A stretch of DNA of 64,000 nt from an uncultured delta proteobacterium (GCA_963696385.1 CAVOKF010000004.1:768001-832000); one strand, 5' to 3'. Numbered from the stretch's first letter, positions 50,883 to 62,056 are shown. Made by a program: numbers and translations. Notes: generated by a model not told the origin, from the letters alone.

Positions 50883-51914
50883 CTACATGCAGCCGAGACG
50901 CGCAGTTCCGATCGCGTAGTCATCGATCCAGATGTTGCCGGCGGTGCCTGCCCCATACCGCTCGTAGCCGACGCGCTGCTCGGTCAGCGCCGGGATCGTT
51001 TGCGATTTAACGGTGGCTGAGGCGGTCGCGGAGCCGCCCACGTAGAGGACCACGTTGCCGGTGCCCCCCGTCGCGGAAATTTGCCACTCAAAGCACGTCC
51101 AGGCCCCCCGAGCGAGTGGCATGCCGGTACTCGCGCTCGCTTCGCCGCCGCCGGTCGCGGGGTCGATGTTGATCGACATATCCCCCGACTGCGTATTCAG
51201 TGGCCGAACGCCGTTATTTCCCAGAGTCGTTACGACGCCGGTGGAGCCTTCGATGTACACGTCGTGGCCCTGGTCCATGGGGGTCTCCACGTAAAGCCAA
51301 ACCCGGCCCCAGTACCCTGCGGTCGCGGGAAAGCCCATCTTCTCGACGATCATGCCGTATCCGCTTCCCGTGGTGAAGCTGATCTGCACGGAGTTCGAGC
51401 CTGAGTGCGCCATGGTGGGCCCGGGCATCGTCGTGTAGGTATCCACGACTTTGATGGTGGCGCCGAGCGTATTGTCCATCGTCCAAGCGGCGCCCAGCGT
51501 GGTGCTGGCCTCGAAACCATCGCAGAATACGGCCCCCGCGGGGCAACCCGCCGCGCCACCTTCGCCGCCGCCACCCCCCGAAGCGTCGCCCGAGCCGTTG
51601 CCGGCTGTTGCGTCCTCGGTCCCCCCCGTCGCTGCGTCGTCCTCCCCAGCGCTCCCGCTGCTCGAACTCGAACTCGCCCCAGTCCCGGTGCCAGTCCCAG
51701 TCCCAGTACTGGCGGCGAGGGCGCTGCTCGCCGAGGCGCCGGTGCCGGTGCCTGTTCCCGTGCCCGTGGCGGCGACTGTACTGCTGCTGCTCGAGCTCCC
51801 GTTGGCGTTCGCACCCGCATAAATGTTGGTGTTGCCGTTGCCTCCGCATGCGATGAAGCCGCAGCCTACGAGACTGAGTGTGGCTTGGCGGGCGAGTGAC
51901 GCGGCGTTTCGCAT
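50883..51914 (-). CDS. Lipoprotein with S/T/G-rich linker and Cip1/polysaccharide-lyase-like beta-sandwich domain
   Basis: Lipobox FIAC; CPAGAVFCDGFE, AHSGSNSV, WTCFEW, WIDDYAIG. Confidence 0.7.
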   Translation of the reverse strand: MRNAASLARQATLSLVGCGFIACGGNGNTNIYAGANANGSSSSSSTVAATGTGTGTGTGASASSALAASTGTGTGTGTGASSSSSSGSAGEDDAATGGTEDATAGNGSGDASGGGGGEGGAAGCPAGAVFCDGFEASTTLGAAWTMDNTLGATIKVVDTYTTMPGPTMAHSGSNSVQISFTTGSGYGMIVEKMGFPATAGYWGRVWLYVETPMDQGHDVYIEGSTGVVTTLGNNGVRPLNTQSGDMSINIDPATGGGEASASTGMPLARGAWTCFEWQISATGGTGNVVLYVGGSATASATVKSQTIPALTEQRVGYERYGAGTAGNIWIDDYAIGTARLGCM

Positions 51915-52210
51915 GGCGGTCGGTGCTCCTCAAGGAGGATGAGATGGACGATGGAATCGGATGGTGCCATGCCGAGCGGACGCGTGCACGTTACACGGCC
52001 CGCCTGGGCACTTCCGAGCGTGACACCCTTCGGGGCGCTCGGTTGACTACCGGAACCTGGGTGACCTCGTTCGAGCGTTCAGCGCGGTGAGATTCCACCG
52101 CACCAGGCAGAGGCATTTGCAATCGAAAGTGGCTCACAATAGTGCCCTTGGGAGTGCCGTTGGGCACCGCTACTGCAAATTGGTGGTGCTGACGAGCGCA
52201 ACCTGCGCCG

Positions 52211-52777
52211 TTAGGGGGCCGGCGTCGGGGTGGGTAAAGCGGGCAGGGGGTCGAGGACGGGTACCGCCTTGCCGGGATCGGACGGCACCTGGATGAAGCC
52301 CTTGGCTGCGGCTTGATGGCATGCGTTGCACACCAAGGCCGCATGCGCAAAGGCGGCGGCGAAGGCCACGCGGTCCTTCGCGGCGGCGGCGTGTTTCAGC
52401 TCCACCGCGTTGGAGGCGAGGAAAGCCTTGGCCATGGCCGGGATGTGCGCCGTCGGCCCCTCCTTGGGCAGCTCCGCATTCGGGACGTCGCTCTCGAACA
52501 GTTCCCCGATCTCACCCGCCTCGAACTCCGCCAGCTCGAAGCGGTTGGCGTTCGCGGCGCGTCCCGCAATCTCGAACCGACGGGCAACCTGGACCATGAC
52601 GTTGCCGAGACTCTCCTTGGGGCCGCTCGCACTCGGGGCGCTCCTTTCCGTGCAGCTCGGGATCGCGGCGACCAGCACCGCCAGAAACGCCGCGCGGCCC
52701 GTCGCTCGCGTTCCGATCGCGATCCACGATCGCTCCGAACCGCCCGTGCACCGTGTCTTCCGCCATTTCAAAAGCAT
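52211..52777 (-). CDS. Class II (c'-like) cytochrome c, putative lipoprotein
   Basis: Helical sequence with C-terminal CNACH; hydrophobic N-terminal segment ending IPSC. Confidence 0.65.
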   Translation of the reverse strand: MLLKWRKTRCTGGSERSWIAIGTRATGRAAFLAVLVAAIPSCTERSAPSASGPKESLGNVMVQVARRFEIAGRAANANRFELAEFEAGEIGELFESDVPNAELPKEGPTAHIPAMAKAFLASNAVELKHAAAAKDRVAFAAAFAHAALVCNACHQAAAKGFIQVPSDPGKAVPVLDPLPALPTPTPAP

Positions 52778-52792
52778 TTCCTGAGCATCCCT

Positions 52793-55252
52793 TTACACCC
52801 TGGCGCGGCGAAGCCGGAGCGCGTTGGCAATGACCGACACAGAGCTGAAACTCATCGCCGCGGCGGAGATCATCGGGCTGAGGACCAGCCCGAAAATCGG
52901 ATACAGCACGCCGGCCGCAACGGGAATGCCGGCTGCGTTGTAGAGAAACGCAAAAAAGAGATTCTGCTTGATGTTGGCCATCGTGGCACGCGACAGCTTG
53001 CGCGCGCGGACGATGCCGCCGAGGTCGCCCTTCACGAGCGTCACGCCAGCGCTCTGCATGGCGACGTCGGTCCCGGTGCCCATCGCGATGCCGACCTGCG
53101 CCTGGGCGAGCGCCGGTGCGTCGTTGATCCCGTCGCCCGCTACGGCGACGACGTGTCCCTCGCGCTGCAGGCGCTTGACCACCTCGACTTTCTCGTCGGG
53201 CAGCACCTGTGCGATCACCTCGTCGATGCCGAGCTCGCGCGCGACGGCGTCCGCCGTAGTCCGGCTGTCGCCCGTGAGCATGACGACGCGGACGCCTTCG
53301 TCATGCAGCGCACGGATCGCGCCGGGCGCGCCCGCCTTGATGGCATCCGCGACGCCCAGCAGCCCGATCGCCGAGCCGTCCGCACCGACGAAGATGACCG
53401 TCTGGCCCTCCGCGCGAAGGGCGTCGGCCCGGTCCGTGAGCTCTGAACGGTCGATGCCGAGCCCGTCGATCAGGTCCGAATTGCCGAGGACCACGAGTCG
53501 CCCTCCGACCCGTCCGGTCACCCCCTTGCCGGCAACCGTTTCGAATCCGTCGACTTCGGACAGCGCGATGCTTCGATCCGCCGCGCCTTGCACGATCGCG
53601 GCGCCCAGGGGGTGTTCGCTCCAGCGCTCGAGGCTCGCGCCCAGCCGCAGTACCTCCGGCTCGTCGTGTCCCGTCAGGTCGACGACGGCCTGAAGGGTCG
53701 GCTTGCCTTCCGTGAGAGTGCCGGTCTTGTCGATGACCAGCGTGTCGACTTTGCGCAGGATCTCGATGGCCTCTGCGTTCTTGAACAATACACCGACGGT
53801 GGCCCCCTTGCCTGTCGCAACCAGGATCGACATCGGCGTCGCCAACCCGAGCGCGCACGGGCAGGCGATGATGAGTACGGCGACGGCGTTCACCAGCCCG
53901 TGGGCCATCCTCGGTTCGGGCCCGAAGAGCGTCCACACGATGAAGGTCGCCAAGGACACGAGCATCACCGCCGGCACGAACGTGCCTGCGACGACGTCGG
54001 CGAGTTTCTGGATCGGCGCGCGGCTGCGCTGCGCCTCGGCCACCATCGCGACAATGCGGGACAGAAGCGTCTCGGCGCCGATCTTGTCCGCGCGGATGAG
54101 CAGGCTGCCGTGGCCATTGACCGTGGCTCCGATGACCGCATCGCCCGTCTTCTTGCCGACCGGCATGGGCTCGCCCGTGGCCATCGATTCATCGATGAAC
54201 GTTTCGCCTTCGATCACGACACCGTCGACCGGGACCTTCTCGCCCGGGCGCACGCGCAGGGTGTCGCCGACCTGAACCGCATCGAGCCGAACGTCCTGCT
54301 CCGAGCCGTCCGCTCCGACCCGCCGCGCGGTCGCCGGCGCCAGTCCGAGCAGCATCGTGAGGGCGGAGCTCGTCTGGCTGCGAGCCCGCAGTTCGAGGAC
54401 CTGTCCGAGCAAGATCAGCGTGACGATGACCGCCGCCGCCTCGAAGTAGACGGCGACTTCGCCGGAGGGTCCGCGAAACGACGGCGGAAACAAGGAGGGC
54501 AGCAGTGTCGCCACGACGCTGTAGCCGTACGTGACGCTCACGCCGAGGCCGATGAGCGTGAACATGTTGAGGCTGCGGTTGCGGATCGATAGGGCGGCTC
54601 GAACGAAAAAGGGCCATGCGGCCCAGAGGCACACGGGGGTCGCCCAGGCGAATTCCAGCCAACTGCGCGTCCGCGTCGACAGCAGGAGTCCGAGCGGGTC
54701 GCCGGGAATCATGTCGCTCATCGCCAGCGCCAGCAGGGGTAGAGTCACGATGGCGGCAAACCAGAAGCGGCGCGAGATATCGCGTAGCTCTGCGTTCTCA
54801 CCCGTCTCCGCGGTCGCCGACATCGGTCCGAGATCCATCCCGCAGATCGGGCAGATGCCCGGTTCGTTGCGAACGATCTGCGGGTGCATCGGGCAGGTCC
54901 ACTCGGTTCGCGGCGCTTCCACCCGGGGTCGCCGCGGCTCGAGAGCCATCCCGCACTGCGGGCATGCGTCCGGGTGCGCTTGCTGGATCTCCGGATGCAT
55001 CGGGCATGTGTAGGGTGTTGGGTCGCTCGGGCGATCGTGCACAGGATCCGGCGCGCGCGATGCCGGAGCACGGGCGTACTTGGCTGGATTCGACTGAAAC
55101 AGCCGCAGGCACTGTTCGCAGCAGAAGACGTGAGTCACCCCGTCGAGGGTCAGATGGGACCCCCGGCTCGGGTCGACACGCATTCCGCAGACCGGGTCGG
55201 TAGGCGCAGGGGCGCTCGGGTCGCGCTCTGCGGAAAGGGTGGGCTCGATCAT
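52793..55252 (-). CDS. copA: Cu(I)-translocating P1B-1 ATPase with YHS and two CPMHP domains
   Basis: DPVCGM...FCC, TCPMHP twice, [22 protein letters not shown]. Confidence 0.95.
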   Translation of the reverse strand: MIEPTLSAERDPSAPAPTDPVCGMRVDPSRGSHLTLDGVTHVFCCEQCLRLFQSNPAKYARAPASRAPDPVHDRPSDPTPYTCPMHPEIQQAHPDACPQCGMALEPRRPRVEAPRTEWTCPMHPQIVRNEPGICPICGMDLGPMSATAETGENAELRDISRRFWFAAIVTLPLLALAMSDMIPGDPLGLLLSTRTRSWLEFAWATPVCLWAAWPFFVRAALSIRNRSLNMFTLIGLGVSVTYGYSVVATLLPSLFPPSFRGPSGEVAVYFEAAAVIVTLILLGQVLELRARSQTSSALTMLLGLAPATARRVGADGSEQDVRLDAVQVGDTLRVRPGEKVPVDGVVIEGETFIDESMATGEPMPVGKKTGDAVIGATVNGHGSLLIRADKIGAETLLSRIVAMVAEAQRSRAPIQKLADVVAGTFVPAVMLVSLATFIVWTLFGPEPRMAHGLVNAVAVLIIACPCALGLATPMSILVATGKGATVGVLFKNAEAIEILRKVDTLVIDKTGTLTEGKPTLQAVVDLTGHDEPEVLRLGASLERWSEHPLGAAIVQGAADRSIALSEVDGFETVAGKGVTGRVGGRLVVLGNSDLIDGLGIDRSELTDRADALRAEGQTVIFVGADGSAIGLLGVADAIKAGAPGAIRALHDEGVRVVMLTGDSRTTADAVARELGIDEVIAQVLPDEKVEVVKRLQREGHVVAVAGDGINDAPALAQAQVGIAMGTGTDVAMQSAGVTLVKGDLGGIVRARKLSRATMANIKQNLFFAFLYNAAGIPVAAGVLYPIFGLVLSPMISAAAMSFSSVSVIANALRLRRARV

Positions 55253-55556
55253 GGCTGTTCCGTCATCGACTCAGCCGCGACCCGATCCCGAGACTTCGGG
55301 CCGTTCGCCGACCATGCTCCCGCTCGCTTGCATCGTCGGTCCGCCGGAGTCGTAACTTTAGGCAAACTTCTTTCCTTTGTCCCCTGGAACCGCATCCAGG
55401 GCCGTCCAGGGCACCCATCGATGGCAACGGTGGAGGGCGTCTCCAAAACTCCACAACTCGGTTGGGCGGCGGATTGAACACGACGAAAACGACACAAACC
55501 GATGAACCACCCGGGTTGGGTGGCGCGCGTCCGCCGGCAGCGATAGGGATGCCTCC

Positions 55557-56360
55557 ATGTCATCCGATCACCGGCGGCCCGCCGCTCGCGAGGTCGATGG
55601 GGGGGCTGCCGTGCTCGCGCCCAGCCACGCGGAACGGTGTCGCACGCTGGCGTCGCAGTCCCTATCGGCGACGCTGTCGACCGTGGCCCGGGAGCCGCCC
55701 GGCTTCCCCTACGGGTCGCTCGTCGCCGTGGCGGTGGACGACGTGGGCCGCCCGCTGCTTTTGCTCTCGGAGCTCGCCGAGCATACGGCCAACCTGCACG
55801 CGGACTCCAGGGCGTCGGTGCTGCTCACGGAGCCGCTCGGCGCGCACGATCAGCCGCTCGCGCTCGGCCGCGTGACGATTCTCGGCCCCTGCGCCAAGGT
55901 GGCCCGGGCGCAGTGCGCCGGTGTGCGCGACGCGTTCTTGAGGCAGCAGCCGAGCGCGGCGTATTACGTCGACTTCGACGATTTTGGATTCTATCGCATC
56001 GAGCCGACCGCACTTCGCTACGTCGGCGGCTTCGGCCGCATGTCGTGGGTAACCGCCGACGCGTACCGTGCCGCCGAGCCCGATCCGCTGGCCCGGGCGG
56101 CCTCCGGCATCGTGAAGCACATGAACGAGCAGCATGCCGAGGCGCTGCTCGCCTGCACGCGCGCGCTCGCCGGGGTCGCGGACGCGGCCGGCGTCACGAT
56201 GACCGCGGTCGACCGCTATGGCTTCGAGATCGCGGCGGCGACGTCGAACGGCCCGCGGGCGGTGCGCATCGCGTTCGACGTGGCGGTGACGACGGCCGAC
56301 GACGTAGGGCGGTCGATGGTCCTGTTGGCGAGGCGCGCTCGCGCCCCGGCGTCGGCTTGA
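55557..56360 (+). CDS. HugZ-like pyridoxamine 5'-phosphate oxidase family protein (DUF2470)
   Basis: GFPYGSLV, LSELAEHTANL, RYVGGFGRMSWV, HMNEQH. Confidence 0.88.
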   Translation: MSSDHRRPAAREVDGGAAVLAPSHAERCRTLASQSLSATLSTVAREPPGFPYGSLVAVAVDDVGRPLLLLSELAEHTANLHADSRASVLLTEPLGAHDQPLALGRVTILGPCAKVARAQCAGVRDAFLRQQPSAAYYVDFDDFGFYRIEPTALRYVGGFGRMSWVTADAYRAAEPDPLARAASGIVKHMNEQHAEALLACTRALAGVADAAGVTMTAVDRYGFEIAAATSNGPRAVRIAFDVAVTTADDVGRSMVLLARRARAPASA

Positions 56361-56514
56361 GGCGAGGCGCCGCAGCCATCGGTGGGCTTGGGGCGGCCTT
56401 CTGCAGACCGGCAGGCGTTCGTCCGTAGTCCGCGGCGGTTCCCGAAGCGGAACGTGTTGCGTCGAGGGCGCCAGGTTCTGCGCAACGAACGCCCCAGCCC
56501 TTCGACGAGATCGC

Positions 56515-57180
56515 TTACGGCGATTCCGTCCGGAGACACGACTCGGTCACCTTGCGGCCGGCGAGCGCCAGAGAAGTGCGCTGTTGCGGCGTGCTCGAGC
56601 GCGACAGAAGCGTGGAGGCCATGGCGAAAGTCGTCCCGTCGGCGCTGAACTCGAATGGCGCAAGCTTCACGGCTCCGGGGGGTGCCGAAAGCGGAGTGGT
56701 TCCCCGCGGAGGGGCGCCGAAACTGCCGCACACATTGCCGCTGCACGTGAGCGTCCCGTCGGTGCGGTATCCTCGGATCTCGCCCCCCCAGGTGATCGTG
56801 CGGCCCGCGGTCGCGCCTTCGGCGACCGGCTTGCCGCTCGGGTCGGAAGCGTGTCCCACGGCGCTCGTCACGACCTTCGTGTTCCAAAACAGCACGCGCG
56901 ACTTCACGACGAAGTTCAAGTGCATCTCGTACGAGATGAGCTTCACCCGCGAACGGGGCTCTCCCGAGCCCTGCTCGATGCGCAGGACGACTCGACCGGG
57001 GCCAATTTCATAGACTCCGTCGCCCGCGCCGAACGGCGTGTCGGCAATGCGCAGTCGGCCCACCAGCACATACTCGATCTCGCGCTCTCGGCACGGAACG
57101 GGCGCTGCGAAAGACGTCGCCGTCGGAGTCATGCCCAAGAGCAGCAGGAGAATAACGGTCTGGATGAGCCCGATCCGCAT
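56515..57180 (-). CDS. Hypothetical secreted protein
   Basis: Signal peptide, DTPFGAGDG, CSGNVCG. Confidence 0.6.
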   Translation of the reverse strand: MRIGLIQTVILLLLLGMTPTATSFAAPVPCREREIEYVLVGRLRIADTPFGAGDGVYEIGPGRVVLRIEQGSGEPRSRVKLISYEMHLNFVVKSRVLFWNTKVVTSAVGHASDPSGKPVAEGATAGRTITWGGEIRGYRTDGTLTCSGNVCGSFGAPPRGTTPLSAPPGAVKLAPFEFSADGTTFAMASTLLSRSSTPQQRTSLALAGRKVTESCLRTESP

Positions 57181-57564
57181 GGCGTGCTCACCGTGTGATG
57201 ATCGGCTCCGGTTCTGCGTGACGGTTTTATTGCGAGGAGGGTCCGCCCTGCCGGCCCGGCAGCCGCGGCCGTTTCAACGGACGAACCACCGGCGAATCGG
57301 CGTCGTCTTCTCCGTTCATCCGCGGGATCCGAGAAAGGCCCGACGGCAACGACATTTCGTTGGACGCGAAGCGAGAGTTTTGCCTCGCTCGTTCGCGCTC
57401 TCCACAAAGGGAGCCTCGGCGGCGCGCGTTCTTCGAGGGCCGGCGGTGGGCTGCCCGCTTCTCCGAGAAGCAGGCCGAGTCGGATCGCCCCGCCGCTCGT
57501 CGGTGTTTTCCGATCGCCCGCGAAGCGAGACTCTCGGCGGCCGGCTTGCGCGAGCGGCTGTACA

Positions 57565-58005
57565 ATGGGCCGGGTGAACGAACTGGATCGCGAGCAGATC
57601 GACCGGTTTCTCGACGAGCAGGTCATGGGCCGCCTCGGTTGCAACGACGCGGAGGGGACCTATGTCGTGCCGCTCATCTACGCGCGCCACGGGCAAATGC
57701 TTTACGTGCTTACGACGGAGGGCCGAAAAATCCGCGCCGCTCGAAGCAACCCGGCCGTCTGCTTCGAAGTGGACGAGTACGATCGGAAGACGGGCAGCTG
57801 GACGAGCGTGATCGTCTGGGGGCGCTACGAGGAACTGCACGGCGACGCGAAGACGGAGGCGATCGCCGCGCTCGGTCGCCGCCACGGCACGCGTCGCGCC
57901 TCGTCGGAGGCTCCTGTCGCCGAGGAGCGCGCCACGGTCGCATTTCGCATTGTCATCGAGAGGGCCACCGGTCGCGCCGTGACGCGGCCTGCGATTTTCT
58001 CCTAG
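57565..58005 (+). CDS. Pyridoxamine 5'-phosphate oxidase / NimA-like flavin-binding protein
   Basis: GRLGC, YVVPL.Y, GRKI, NPAVCFEVD, WTSVIVWG, TGR. Confidence 0.88.
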   Translation: MGRVNELDREQIDRFLDEQVMGRLGCNDAEGTYVVPLIYARHGQMLYVLTTEGRKIRAARSNPAVCFEVDEYDRKTGSWTSVIVWGRYEELHGDAKTEAIAALGRRHGTRRASSEAPVAEERATVAFRIVIERATGRAVTRPAIFS

Positions 58006-58152
58006 CCGCGACAAAACGACGGGTCCCTGATGAACCAGTCGCGATGCGTTTGGGTGGCACTCGGGCTGACCGTCGTGTCCGGATGAGCCCCCGAACGGGG
58101 GTTCGGCTTGCCCTCCATCGGTTCCCGCATCGGCCGGGGCCGGACGCCCGAC

Positions 58153-59625
58153 CTACGTGCCACAAAAGGTCGCCCGTACGCGCTCCTCCGATCGCGGCGG
58201 ATCGGCGAGGTGCGCGAACTCCGGCTGCTCCTCGCACGATCGCCCGAGGACCTGCACGAGCGTTTCGAAGGGCTCGAAATCGTCTCGTCCAACCGCCGCC
58301 TCGATGGCCTGCTCGACGCGATGATTGCGCGCGACGAAGGCGGGGTTCGCGAGCCGCATGGCCGTGACGCGCAGGTCGGGCGCGAGATCTTCTCGTGCCA
58401 GCCGGTGCCGCCACGCTTTCGACCAGCCGGCAAACGCTCCGGGCTCGGCGAACAAGGATGCGATTTGCGCGTCTTCGGAAGGGTCGTCGATCGCGGTGCA
58501 CAGCCGACGGAAGAGGACCGTGTAGTCGACGCGGTTCGACGCCATCCGGGCCAAGAGGTCGGCCGCGAGCGCGGGGTCGTCGTCCTCTTCGCGCGCGAGC
58601 CCGATTTTCGCGCGCAGCACGCGCGCGTGCGCCGCGGCGAAGTGCGTGGAAAATAGCTCGAGGCGTTCGGTTGCCAGCCGCACGGCCCGGTCAGGGTCGT
58701 CGGCCAGCAGCGGCAAGAGTGTCTCGCCGAACCGTGCGAGATTCCACCGAGCGATCCGGGGTTGATTTCCGAACGCGTAGCGGCCACCGTGGTCGATCGA
58801 GCTGAACGTCTTGTTCGGATCGTACTCGTCGAGGAAGGCGCACGGTCCGTAGTCGATCGTCTCGCCGCCGATCGCGCTGTTGTCGGTGTTCATCACGCCG
58901 TGCACGAAGCCGACGCCGAGCCAGCGCGCGACGAGGTCGGCCTGGGCGCGCACGACGCAATCGAGCAGCGCCAGGGCGTCGTTGCCTGTGCCCGCCGCGT
59001 CGGGGTAATGCCTTCGAAGCGCGTACGAGGCAAGAGTCGTCAGAGCTTCGAGGTCGGCGCGCGCGGCAAAGAACTCGAACGTGCCGATACGAAGGTGACT
59101 CGAGGCCACACGGGCGAGCACCGCCCCGGGAAGGACCCGCTCCCGGATGACCGGCTCGCCGGTCGTCACGGCGGCGAGCGCGCGGGTCGTCGGGACGCCG
59201 AGGGCGGCCATCGCCTCGCTCACGATGTACTCGCGCAGCACGGGCCCGAGGGCCGCCCGCCCGTCGCCCTGACGTGAGAAGGGGGTGCGGCCGGAGCCCT
59301 TGAGCTGGATGTCCTTGCGTCTTCCGTCCTTGCCAACGACCTCTCCCAGCAGAATCGCTCGACCGTCGCCGAGCTGGGGTACGAAGACGCCGAACTGATG
59401 CCCGGCGTAGGCGAGTGCGATCGGCTGTGACCCGGCTGGCAAGGCGTTGCCGGCCAGGATTTGGGCTCCTTCGGGCGATGCGAGGTGGTCCGGGTCCAAT
59501 CCGAGCTCGACGGCGAGTGCGCGGTTGACCTTCACGACGCGCGGCGTGCGCACGCGCGTGGGTGAAACCGACGCGAAGAAGCGTTCAGGCAACCGTGCGT
59601 AGGTGTTGTCGAATGCGAAGGTCAT
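58153..59625 (-). CDS. selO: Protein adenylyltransferase SelO (YdiU family)
   Basis: YAGHQFG, QLGDGRA, QLKGSG.TPFSR.GDGRA, HGVMNTDN, TIDYGP, C-terminal TFCGT. Confidence 0.95.
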   Translation of the reverse strand: MTFAFDNTYARLPERFFASVSPTRVRTPRVVKVNRALAVELGLDPDHLASPEGAQILAGNALPAGSQPIALAYAGHQFGVFVPQLGDGRAILLGEVVGKDGRRKDIQLKGSGRTPFSRQGDGRAALGPVLREYIVSEAMAALGVPTTRALAAVTTGEPVIRERVLPGAVLARVASSHLRIGTFEFFAARADLEALTTLASYALRRHYPDAAGTGNDALALLDCVVRAQADLVARWLGVGFVHGVMNTDNSAIGGETIDYGPCAFLDEYDPNKTFSSIDHGGRYAFGNQPRIARWNLARFGETLLPLLADDPDRAVRLATERLELFSTHFAAAHARVLRAKIGLAREEDDDPALAADLLARMASNRVDYTVLFRRLCTAIDDPSEDAQIASLFAEPGAFAGWSKAWRHRLAREDLAPDLRVTAMRLANPAFVARNHRVEQAIEAAVGRDDFEPFETLVQVLGRSCEEQPEFAHLADPPRSEERVRATFCGT

Positions 59626-59937
59626 GGCTCTCCGAGGCGGGCCCTCCTCGCGCGAGAACGCGTACGCCGGCACCGACGCCGTTTCTGGGCTGGCGATGCC
59701 GCGGGCGCGTGAGCGATCTGGGCAAGGCCTTGCGAATCGTCCGCTTGGATACCGCTTTCCGAAGAGATCCGGGACAACATCAGACTAAATCCGTCTCGAC
59801 GCAACGGCTCCCGAAATGCGTCGTGCTCCGGGCACACCGCGTGCCGAATGCGACAGCGAGACATCGACAACAGGCAGCGGGTCCCCCGCGTTTCGGCCGG
59901 TGGATGTGCGCCGGACCACGACGTGGGACTGAAAACC

Positions 59938-60171
59938 ATGCATAAGAGCAAGAAGGGATCGAAGAAGAGCCGGGGGCGTTCGGGACACGCAGCCACAGCG
60001 GCCACGTGTCCCTTCTGCGGCGAGGCGGAGGAACTCACCGTCGACCCAGGCGGGGGCGACGCCCAGGTGTACGTGGAGGACTGCGCCGTTTGCTGCAGGC
60101 CACGGGTGGTCCACGTGGAGCCGGGCGGGCAACCCGGCGAGGTGCGCGTGTGGCTCGAGCGCGGCGATTGA
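59938..60171 (+). CDS. CPXCG-motif cysteine-rich protein
   Basis: TCPFCGE...YVEDCAVCCRP. Confidence 0.85.
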   Translation: MHKSKKGSKKSRGRSGHAATAATCPFCGEAEELTVDPGGGDAQVYVEDCAVCCRPRVVHVEPGGQPGEVRVWLERGD

Positions 60172-60304
60172 CGCTTCGTGACCGATTGGGCCTGTGCCCG
60201 CTTGGGCCCGCCAAGGGAGTTCGCCGGTGAGGTCCGTGGCTGAACCCGCAAGGGTCCCGGCGCCGACGACGGATTCGCGCGGTGGTACGCTACGATCGGT
60301 ACCG

Positions 60305-62056
60305 ATGAACGCCAGGCGGATCCTGGTGGGCGCTTCCGTGTTGGGCGTGCTGATCCCATCCGCGGTCGGGGCCGTGTTCCTGTCTCGGGTGCGAACGTCG
60401 CCTTCGCCGAAGGGGCCCCAACCTGCGGCCTCATCCGCAGCCTGGGCTCCGGCCCCGCCTCCCGCAACCGACGATCGGACGCCGGAGATTCGCGGGCGGA
60501 TCCTCGACGCCGACGGCAATGCCGTCGACGGAGCGAGGGTGCGCCTGGTCTCGGCAAACGCGCCGTACCGCCTGGACCAAGACACGGCGACCGATTACGG
60601 TGGGGTGTTTTCCTTCGCGCACGTCCCGTCGTGGGGCGTCCGGGTCGTTGCCGATCACGGAGCCGACGGCGTAGTGACGAGCGCGGCCTTGCGCGTTGCC
60701 GAAAAGCAAACGGTCGAGATGACGCTCGTCCTTTCGGCCCTTAGCGCGGTTCGCGGGACGGTGGTCGACGTGCACGACCGGCCCCTTGCGGGGGTCGCGC
60801 TCTCGGTCGAAGGGGTACCCTGGATCGTCCGCGCGACGAGCGATGCCGAGGGCTTCTTTCGCCTGACGACGGTGCCCGACCTGGCGACCGGGCTCGTTAC
60901 GGAAGCGATCGGGTTCAAGACCGGGCGGGTTTCGTTGGCGATGGGAAGCGATCAGGCAGAGCGCGTCGTTCGCATAGTTCTTAGCGCAGCGGATCCGGTC
61001 GGTGGCGAGGTGCGCGATGACGACGGCAATCCCGCGAGCGCTCGTGTGGTCGCCTGCGAGGACGGTCCTTCTGAAGTCAGAACGCAGAGTGCTGCCGACG
61101 GATCGTTCGAGCTCCCGCCTTCCGCGATCGGATGCGACGCCGTGGCCGAGCAGGCGGATTTCGCCCCCAGCGACGCCGCGCGAGTCGTGCAGGGCGGCCA
61201 CCTCGTTCTGCGCCTCAAGCCGGGCGGAGGGATCGCCGGCATCGTCGTAGACGACCGCGGGGCGGCGCGTTCTCCGTTCCGGGTCGGCATCGAGTCGTTC
61301 TCGCCGGCTCGCGGGAAAGACTTCGAACGCGGCGGCGCGCGCAGCTTCACGGACCCCCAGGGCGCGTTTCGCTGGGATAAACTCGCGCCGGGAAGCTACG
61401 TCCTCACCGCATCCGCGGCCGGCAGGCCTCCGGCCCGCTCCGGGTCAATCGAGGTGCGCGGTGGGGCCGTGACCAGCGGCGTTCGGATCGTGCTCGCTCA
61501 AGGCGGCGCGCTCGTAGGAACCGTCACCGACGAAACGCACGCACCGCTAGCGGGCGTCAATCTGCGCTTCGACCAGGTGAGTCGCGTGCTCGACAACGAC
61601 GCCGTCGCTCAGACCAACGGCGCGGGCCAGTATCGCCTCGAGGGGGCGCCGGCGGGACCGTTCACCGTACGCGCGCACAAGGATGGCTTCCGGGTCAACC
61701 TCGTCTCAGGGCTTCACGTGGACTCCGGGGCGACCCTTCGCCGGGACATCACGCTGGTTGCCCTCGATGGCGGGCCGACGATGGAGTTCGGCGGAATCGG
61801 CGCAGGGATCGTGCAGTCGGCCGATGGCCTCAAGCTGCAGAACGTCTTTCCGGACGCCCCAGCGGCACGGGCCGGGCTTCACGCGGGCGACCGCATCGTC
61901 AGCATCGACGGCGAACCCACCGACGGCATGTCGGTGGCCGACGCCCTGCAGCGAATCCGAGGCGAACCTGGAACGACCGTCGGCGTTTCGGTTCAGCGGC
62001 CGGAGACAGGCGAAATCGTGGATCAGACGATCGTGCGGGGACAGATCGTTCACTGA
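60305..62056 (+). CDS. Membrane-anchored carboxypeptidase-regulatory-like repeat protein with C-terminal PDZ
   Basis: Repeated GRI.D.DG.../D..G.F units; FGGIG...PAARAGL..GDRIVSIDG. Confidence 0.85.
   Translation: MNARRILVGASVLGVLIPSAVGAVFLSRVRTSPSPKGPQPAASSAAWAPAPPPATDDRTPEIRGRILDADGNAVDGARVRLVSANAPYRLDQDTATDYGGVFSFAHVPSWGVRVVADHGADGVVTSAALRVAEKQTVEMTLVLSALSAVRGTVVDVHDRPLAGVALSVEGVPWIVRATSDAEGFFRLTTVPDLATGLVTEAIGFKTGRVSLAMGSDQAERVVRIVLSAADPVGGEVRDDDGNPASARVVACEDGPSEVRTQSAADGSFELPPSAIGCDAVAEQADFAPSDAARVVQGGHLVLRLKPGGGIAGIVVDDRGAARSPFRVGIESFSPARGKDFERGGARSFTDPQGAFRWDKLAPGSYVLTASAAGRPPARSGSIEVRGGAVTSGVRIVLAQGGALVGTVTDETHAPLAGVNLRFDQVSRVLDNDAVAQTNGAGQYRLEGAPAGPFTVRAHKDGFRVNLVSGLHVDSGATLRRDITLVALDGGPTMEFGGIGAGIVQSADGLKLQNVFPDAPAARAGLHAGDRIVSIDGEPTDGMSVADALQRIRGEPGTTVGVSVQRPETGEIVDQTIVRGQIVH

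Noticed and set aside
51660..51800. Repeats such as ccagtc and ccggtg
   Set aside because: They encode the TGTGTG/SSSS low-complexity linker of the lipoprotein
52165..52195. Sigma54-like GGGCACCGCTACTGCA on the + strand
   Set aside because: No + strand gene downstream; it points into the cytochrome 3' end
57300..57560. Possible decayed CheB-like C-terminal helix region
   Set aside because: Resemblance too weak to support by eye
58153..58170. Selenocysteine read-through in SelO
   Set aside because: C-terminus is TFCGT with a TAG stop; no in-frame TGA
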